Shown piece by piece: positions 57,201 through 64,000 of a DNA stretch of 64,000 nucleotides. This DNA is from Diplonema japonicum. Its lineage: Eukaryota; Protista; Euglenozoa: Diplonemea. Numbering within the stretch: the stretch's first letter is position 1; each line of letters opens with the position of its first letter. The translations under genes were made by a program, and so were the position numbers. Under the pieces are notes generated by a model. That model was not told the DNA's origin, made no database searches, and saw nothing but the letters and a program-made list of their open reading frames with translations. The stretch lies in NCBI GenBank assembly GCA_964019335.1, contig OZ025704.1, positions 310,001-374,000 on the forward strand, given 5' to 3'.

Positions 57201-60200
57201 GTGCTCGAGGCTACGCCTCGCTGCTGACAACACAGCCCACGGCATTTGGCTAGTTGACGACGTGCGCTACTACTATGGGTTGCTAGGGGCTCAGTCGTGG
57301 AATCCTTCCGGGGGGGACCTACTGGCAAGATTCCCACTTGCAGAGGACGTCTACGAGAAGAGCAACAAGGGATTCTTCAGCACTGCTATCCCAGTGGGGA
57401 CTACTATGTACTACAACAACGAAGGTGCGACACGGAAGGCAGTGCGGAGCAACACCCTGCATACCGCTGCAAGCACGTCTACTCCTTTCCTAACTTCTGA
57501 CGCCCTGAGCTTGACTGTTGGAGCGTGGGCACGGTGCATTGCCGACTGCGACAATCCAGGTGCGGCAATAGTTGGGTTCACCTCTAGCTCTGGTAAGCTC
57601 GCTCTTGCTGCTGGCGTAACACTCAGCGGCAGCATGCCTGTCCCGTCCCTTGTAGTATCGAGGCTCAACTTCCGTGCGAACGCAACGCACGATCTGTACA
57701 CAAGCACCCGTTTGGGCGTAGATCCCACTTCGTGGCTTCTATACCGCCTTGTCTTGACTGATGGGCTTCTTAAGGTGTATGTGGGCGGAAAGCTGGGGGT
57801 GCAGCTCCCCATAAACGTCACAAACGTGCTCCCTGTGAACGCCACTGTGGGGTGGGGCGACGTTGCAGAAGCTACATACGCTATTCATGACGTGAGGGTA
57901 TATTCAGGGGTTGCGGAGGACATCGCGTGGCTTGCTCCTTATGGCACGTCTCCTGTCACCGTTTCAATGGGAACAGACTACACAGCAGGGACGTTGGACA
58001 TCATCGATATCCACCCTGAAGGGTGCTCCAACGCAACACTTGAAGCACCGCACGCAGGCACCACTCATGTACTTCACGTTGTATGCAGTGGGAGGCCGGC
58101 ATCTGTGAGAACTTCAACACGCTACTTAGACGATGACCTGCACATTGCAGGGCTGGGGACGGACACCATCATGGAGAGCGTGTCATTCAACAACAAGGAT
58201 GAGAAAAGCGGTTGGCTGAGTGGGGATCGAAGGTCTGCTGTGTGGCGTGACCCCGAAGCACAGACATGCAATGGGTACATGCACTACAACAAGGTTTGGG
58301 AAGATGTGTTGACCCTGAGCGACATGGGGTTCACCAGCTATGATGCACCCGCTGCACTCACTGAGAGGCTGGACGTCAGTGCATTGCCTAATACCACCCA
58401 GACAGGCATGATGGTAGAGACAGATAGCACTGTGGTGCTGTCGGACTCTGTGTCATTGAAGGTGACAAACCCCACCACAGACGCCGGCTACGCCCCTGTG
58501 TACAACCTGTGGCGTCCTGTCCACGAGGAGCAGTATCATCCACGGTTTGTGTCGTACTGGACACGTGTCCTCAGCCTACCTGAGATCTCTCGCAACTCCA
58601 GTGGTCTGCTTTTCAGCGGAGGAAACTGCAGCGGATCCTTTATTGTACTCATGAAGACATTAGCAACTGGACAAAGCTCTCTAACCGCCACGGGAACTAG
58701 CTGCTCGAATTTTGTGCAAGCTTCGTACGGCGTTGTGCGTGCAAATTACTGGCACAAAATAGAGATCCACTGGCCACCGACAGGACACCGCAGCAAGGGC
58801 TACGGCGATGCTGCTGTCGCCCTCATCTACGTCGATGACCGCCTGGCCATAAAACTACCCTTGCACTCTAGCACATACTTGGCAGGTGTTGACATTGTAG
58901 GGTACGTGAGCGGGCCCGTTACTTATTTTGACAACTTTAAGATGTGTTCGTCTGAGTGCTTCCCGCTTCGAGCTGAAAACCTAGACCGGCTGCTACCCTG
59001 TAACAAACGGGCAACTTCCTGGAGGGTGTCGTGTGGCGGGCGTACTTTGTGGCTCAGCGGTGATATCTCACTCACCTCTGGCGAAGGCCTTCGTTGTTCA
59101 CTCACTGACAGTTTCGAAAGTGCTTCACATGGCAGCAGCTGTGTGAGGCAAGATGGCAACGGCAACACAGTACTGGGAGACGAGTATGCTGAGCGCGGCG
59201 CTTTGATAGGTGCCAGACTCATGCAGTGCTTCAGTAGCATCGATGCCTATTCGCAGAGCAGAGGTCCCTCTACCGTCATCAGCGCATCACTGACATGTCA
59301 CGATGGCATACACTGCTCAGGTCGTGGGCGGGCTGAAAAGGTGAGAATTGGCACGTGCAAATGTATCTGCAGCCAAGGGTGGGTGGGCCCTATCTGTGAC
59401 AAGCGAACAAGCCCCACTTACCCGTTGGGCCCTCCTAGCGGGTTGGCATCGCGAGTCACTTTCGATGCTCCAAGAAGGATTGTAGAAGTACCTGACAAGC
59501 AGCCTCGAATGTGCTCCATGATGCTGCCGCGGTATGCTTGCGGAGGCACCGTCGTGACGACGTGGGATGGTGCGCAGGATGTGCTGACCTCTACTGATGT
59601 TACACAATGCCTTGCGAGCTGCAGGAACTTCACCAGTTGCTCAGGGGTGCAAGTAACTCGAGCAACAGGAGTCTGTTCTTTTCAGTCAGGCATGTTAACA
59701 CCCGTGGAACACGACTATCATGATTGCTACAGGATGGACACTGTAGAGGGCTGTGGCAGCCGAGCGATTACGGTGGACAACAAAGATGTTTGCAAGGCAG
59801 CCTGCAGGGGGTGCAATGCCTGGTGGTACAACCCGAGCACAAAGGAATGCCGTGTTGTGTTACATGACCATGGATGGGGGGAGAGCCCTGGCGTTAGTGG
59901 GTACCGTGTGCATCCGGTGCTGAGTGATGCCGTGACAGGTGAAGCACTAGAGACACCTACTGTACCAAGGGCTGTTTTCCCTTTGGGGACTTCGTGTCCT
60001 TCGCAGGGGTGTATGAAGTACGGCAGCATCCAGATATCGGTTTCACTAAACGAAGAGTTCACAATGTCACTGTGGGCATGGGTGGATGCACTTACGGACA
60101 AGCCCTATTTACAGCTTTCTACGGGCGCTGCCTACGGTAGGCGATGCGAGTGGGAGGAGTCCTACGGCACGGCATTGACAAGTGGCTTTGGGCTTGGCTG

Positions 60201-62527
60201 GTCGCAGTCAATGTTAGGCTGTAAGATGAAGTGTTCACAAACACAGGACTGCTCAGCTGTGAGCTACTCTGGGTATTACTGCACTGGAGGTGCGGCTAAT
60301 ACGCCTTTAACAGCTACGAATGCGACCATAACCTCTGTGATGACAGGAAACTGTACGTGGGTAACCTCGCATAGGAGCTGCACTTGGGAACTTCTACTGC
60401 ACACAAGAGTGGTCACTGATAACACCAGCTACATATGGCTAGGCGACGTGACAGACGACGAGGAGTGTTGGCAGCGGTGCGAGCAGCACGCCCTCTGCAC
60501 CGCTTTCACGTATGATGCGCTGCTGCCTACGTGCTACGGCACGTCGTCTCTCGCACCCGATGTCTTGTCGTCCTTCAACAGTACTACTAGTGTCGCGCAA
60601 GGTTGCAAGCGACATGTCACTGCGGCCGACTACTCGCACAGTACAGAAGGCATCCTAGTATACCCTGAGGGGATCGAGATGAGGTCTCGAGGTCATGCCG
60701 AGTCATTTTCCTTGCCACCATTGACCCCCAAGCAGTGGACACATGTCGTGCTGCAAGCTAGGGGAAGATTATGGAAGATCATGTATAATGGTGAACAGGC
60801 TCGTGAGTTTGAGGCATGGCAGCACCCTGCGGCCTACCTCTCGATGGCAGGAAAGGTTGTGGTTGGGGGTTCGGAGGCGGCTGTCGATGATTTTTGGTTG
60901 TGGCACTCTACACTGCCCGATACCCTCATCAAATCTGCCATGCTGCGGAGAGAGCTCTTGCCACGCGAGGAACCTGACGAATGGTACGTAGCATCCGAGA
61001 TCCCAGCGACAGGCTTACTGCCCGAAGTTCAAAAGGGCACTGTTTGCAGTGCACTGGACAGTGTCACCGACATCATCGACCCCTGGGCCGCTATACAATG
61101 GTGGTCCAAGGATGATGTGGCTGTACTCCTTGAAACTACTGTTGGTGCCTACGTTCTGCAAAAGGATCCCTGGAAGCTGCTCCCTCCAACTGGCGACGCA
61201 GACTGCTTGCAAGACATCACTACTGGCGACACCACGGTACACATCAGACTAGTGAATGCCTCCGGGCTTGTCTCGTTGTTTGTAAACGAAGTTCAAGTGT
61301 GCCAGGGCACCATGTTTCCAGGCGGGCCCCTGGTTCTTGCCATTATGGACCGCAGCAAAGTGAGCAGCCTGCAGATCTGTCGGGTGGTCCACAGCGAAGC
61401 TCGCCCAACAGTATCTCTCACCAGTCTGCTTACTATTGGGGAACAATACAGCATCTGCCCCCTGCTGCAAGATATGGTTACGAAAGATGCTGTTTTCAAG
61501 CTGACTTGCAAGACAGGCAACACTGCTGCTGAACGGTACTTCACGGGGATCACTCTGCGCGACATGGAGCCCGGCAGCTTGTTCACCGACAGCGTGAGGT
61601 GTTCAACTACTGAAAGGTTCCTACCACACAATACACTCGAAGGGTCTGAGTGCAATGTAATGAACTGGAAGCTATCGCACCACAGTGGTGGGCTGTTTCT
61701 CGAACAATGCTTTGGTTTCAACGAGACCACTGACCCTACACTGCACGTGGCACACCGCTCGACAGGCTCTATCAGCTTCAAGATGATGTGCATACTGAGT
61801 GTACACTGTGGCATAGGTGCTACATCTGTTGCATGGGCAGGCGAGGGGTGCTTGTGTGTGTGTGCAAATGGTTTCGAAGGTGAGCGGTGCGACAGGTGTG
61901 CGTTCGGGTACGCGGGGTTCCCGAACTGCGACACTGTAGTCACAGGTGTGGCAGGGCAGTCCGTGTACCACCTTGTACGTCTTGCTTCCAGCAATGACGT
62001 TGAGCTGACAGGCAGGCTCACAGGGATACGAGGCGTGGCACTATCTCACAACTGCATGTCGCAGCGTACATGGGACTCACTGCAACACACGTCCAGCACC
62101 ACAGCCAAGGTGACGTTCACACAAACAATAAACGAAGCGGAGTTCAAGATCTGCGCGCTGCGCAGTGACAACATAACCATTACCGTTGCCACAGCTATTT
62201 CCATAGTGTGTGTCAATGGCTACCCTTCCAACGAAAGGTGCGTTTGCTACTCTGATGTAGTCCGGGGACATTGGGCAGGCTCTGCCTGCAACTACTGTAA
62301 AGCAGGCTACAGAGGTATACAACAATTAAAAAGAAAAGGAAACGAAAATCACAGGAAATATGTGCCAGCAGAGATATAGCTGTGTGGAAGCACAGTACTT
62401 CACACCTTACGACCTGAGATGCTGGGACTACGACGAGGTACGCGAGGCCTACAAAGGCAGCCGGTGTGTATGGTCCGGAGTGGTTGTGTCACAGCACGGC
62501 CGGAAGCATCACTGTGTTCCTCCTTGA
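51202..62527 (+). CDS. ~3761-aa secreted/surface multidomain protein: signal peptide, Thr/Ser-rich stalk, multiple LamG/ConA-like, PAN/apple-like and EGF/laminin-EGF modules; exons 51202-62314 and 62355-62527
   Basis: Signal-like MNRCMQAMAMLAWVCGVGG. Repeated LamG ends (FNDFRLY, VDDLVVY, LDDMRMY, VDDVRYY, IHDVRVY, VDDFWLW). PAN-like C...C.....C..F.Y motifs. EGF-like CICSQGWVGPIC and CVCANGFEGERCDRCAFGY. Intron 62315-62354 restores CNYCKAGYR|GNMC. Confidence 0.88.
51328..51740 (+). repeat. Coding tandem repeat, 117-bp (39-aa) unit, about 3.5 copies
   Basis: Units start at 51328, 51445, 51562 and 51679: (V/A)SLPTGTVSVTMPT(S/G)TFTETVSLTESVSIPTGTTSETVS. Units 1/3 and 2/4 share diagnostic bases. 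Confidence 0.92.
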
Positions 62528-62559
62528 TCGAAAATAATTTCAGTTCATCCGGTTGCCAG

Positions 62560-62631
62560 TGCTTCTTTTCTTATTCGTTTCTTCTTCTATATACTTTGTT
62601 ACGACCTGCTTCCTACTACCCCCTGTAGACT
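62560..62631 (+). promoter_or_regulatory. Candidate trans-splice acceptor (polypyrimidine tract + AG) just before the EEP gene start
   Basis: cttcttttcttattcgtttcttcttct...cttcctactaccccctgtAG (AG at 62627-62628), then act ATG. It sits in a spacer of only ~100 bp after the previous stop codon. Confidence 0.5.
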
Positions 62632-64000
62632 ATGAGTGGACTTCATGAAGAGATCGAGCGGCATGGTTATGGGTTGGTCTTGCAGGCTTTGGAAGCCATT
62701 GATTTCGGTGTGAGAAGCGATGAAGATGAGATAGCGTTCGCGGCAGAGCTGGTGCAGAGTGTCGTCGGGCGGGACGATCAAGAAGTCCTGCAAAGGCTGA
62801 AAGAGTTGTTGGAGAAAAGGAACGAGTGCTTCGTGGGCGGGGTGTGCCTCACAAGCGCAGATTTTGTCATGTATCACTGGCTGCGCAGCTCTTCCTTGTA
62901 TCCACGGTTCCTCCCTCACGTCAGGGGGACAGAAAACCTAAGAATCAGGACGTGGCTCAAACTCCTCGGTACCACGATCCTTTCGAAGCTCCCAAGTGGA
63001 AAGTACTCCATGCACGTACAAGACGATGGTAAGGCCGAGCGATCACCACTCTCAGTTGTTGGCGTCAGTGAAACTTGCGAGCCGGAAATGCTGTTCAGAG
63101 GTGACAGAAAAAGCGACTTACGGGTGTTGTCCTTCAACATCTTATCAGAAGAGGCGCTCACAAGGTACAAGAATGAGTACGAATGGCTAGTAACCACCGA
63201 AGCTGACGAACGCCGCCGGTCGTTACAGTACATTGTAAGATCCTACAATGCAGACGTCATCTCGTTGGTGGAGGTAGACGCTGACGCTGTGGACTCCTGG
63301 AAGGCGGTGCTCAAGGGGTACCGCATGAAATTCTTCCCCCGCCCGAAACTGCACACGAAAAGGAAGGGGTCGCAAAAACCTGACGGGATCCTCGTCGCGT
63401 ACAAGATCGACACGCTGAAGCCCACCTGTGAAGAGACGAGATACCTTCTTGATGACTATCTTCCATTAGCTTCCGAATTCCGTGCTCCTTACCCCGAGCC
63501 GGGCACACGCAACATTGCAATCATCTTCACTTTTGAGCATCTGAAGACGGGGAAGGAGATTATCTTCGCAACGACTCACTTGTATTGGAACCCGAAGTAC
63601 GAGCGGTACAAACAGCTGCAGGGCTCGCTTGTGAAAGGACTCTGCAAGAAAGCCGCCGCAACACGGGACTCTCCGGTCATTGTGACGGGGGACTTCAATG
63701 CTGCAGCGGGGACGCCGAGTTATTTAAACTTTGTCAGCGATGTGGGGCTGGCATGGGAGAACATGCCCACGCACAACAAAGCGACTGTTTTACCTCAGAA
63801 GATGTCGGATGGGACGTACATGGTGGAATGTACCACATCCTTCCATGAGAAGTTCACAGCACTGCTGTGTGACATGCGGTTTGTGCTTGATGGCATCAGA
63901 GTCATGGGTGGATCAGCGTCACCGTTGGTTGTCCTGACCATCAATGATATTCCCAGAGAGTGCGAACAAGAGGCTGTTGAAAATGGTGTGAAACTGGTAC
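62632..64000 (+). CDS. CCR4/Angel/nocturnin-like exonuclease-endonuclease-phosphatase (EEP) protein with an N-terminal GST-C-like domain; 3'-truncated by the window
   Basis: Open frame from ATG 62632 to the window end; missing from the ORF track because it has no stop. Motifs LRVLSFNIL, ADVISLVEVD, KPDGILVAY, RNIAII, ATTHLYWNP...KQLQ and PVIVTGDFNA. Confidence 0.85.
   Translation, partial: MSGLHEEIERHGYGLVLQALEAIDFGVRSDEDEIAFAAELVQSVVGRDDQEVLQRLKELLEKRNECFVGGVCLTSADFVMYHWLRSSSLYPRFLPHVRGTENLRIRTWLKLLGTTILSKLPSGKYSMHVQDDGKAERSPLSVVGVSETCEPEMLFRGDRKSDLRVLSFNILSEEALTRYKNEYEWLVTTEADERRRSLQYIVRSYNADVISLVEVDADAVDSWKAVLKGYRMKFFPRPKLHTKRKGSQKPDGILVAYKIDTLKPTCEETRYLLDDYLPLASEFRAPYPEPGTRNIAIIFTFEHLKTGKEIIFATTHLYWNPKYERYKQLQGSLVKGLCKKAAATRDSPVIVTGDFNAAAGTPSYLNFVSDVGLAWENMPTHNKATVLPQKMSDGTYMVECTTSFHEKFTALLCDMRFVLDGIRVMGGSASPLVVLTINDIPRECEQEAVENGVKLV

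Noticed and set aside
20047-62354. Apparent avoidance of stop-free 3n intron lengths (only one of ten is 3n, and it contains a stop)
   Set aside because: Detection bias: I can only find introns that break a reading frame.
63780-64000. Possible Mut7-C/PIN-like domain inserted in the EEP protein
   Set aside because: Similarity is too weak by eye and the sequence is cut by the window end.
1-64000. tRNA, rRNA, snRNA or spliced-leader RNA genes
   Set aside because: None recognised by eye; a covariance-model scan (tRNAscan-SE, Infernal) is needed to exclude them.

Overview
This is eukaryotic nuclear DNA, most likely from a euglenozoan and probably a diplonemid. That assignment is an inference from three things: every intact gene lies on one strand, the introns are tiny and have GTATG...AG ends, and there is a Thr/Ser-rich giant surface protein. 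About 14 protein genes lie head-to-tail on the + strand, separated by intergenic DNA full of homopolymer runs. In order they encode: a RanBP2-ZnF/RRM/PPR-like protein, a small KOW-like ORF, PrimPol, a small coiled-coil protein, a putative mitochondrial protein, a 5-exon TOR kinase, a mitochondrial dicarboxylate carrier, a ~2900-aa beta-helix protein, two coiled-coil proteins (one ending in an SRI-like domain), a VIT/vWA protein, erlin, a ~3760-aa LamG/PAN/EGF protein, and a GST-C-like + CCR4/Angel-type EEP protein that runs off the window end. Mobile DNA comprises a full-length but dead piggyBac (TTAA TSD, 13-bp TIRs), the end of a second piggyBac at the window start, a probable LINE remnant, and two copies of an unclassified non-coding element with inverted repeats and a long terminal hairpin. 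The two strongest novelties are: (1) a TOR kinase with a B-box zinc finger and an IQ motif inserted between the kinase and FATC domains, plus natural substitutions at rapamycin-contact residues; and (2) the hairpin element, whose loop core lies in opposite (flip/flop) orientations in the two copies. All domain calls are made by eye from motifs; no searches were run.
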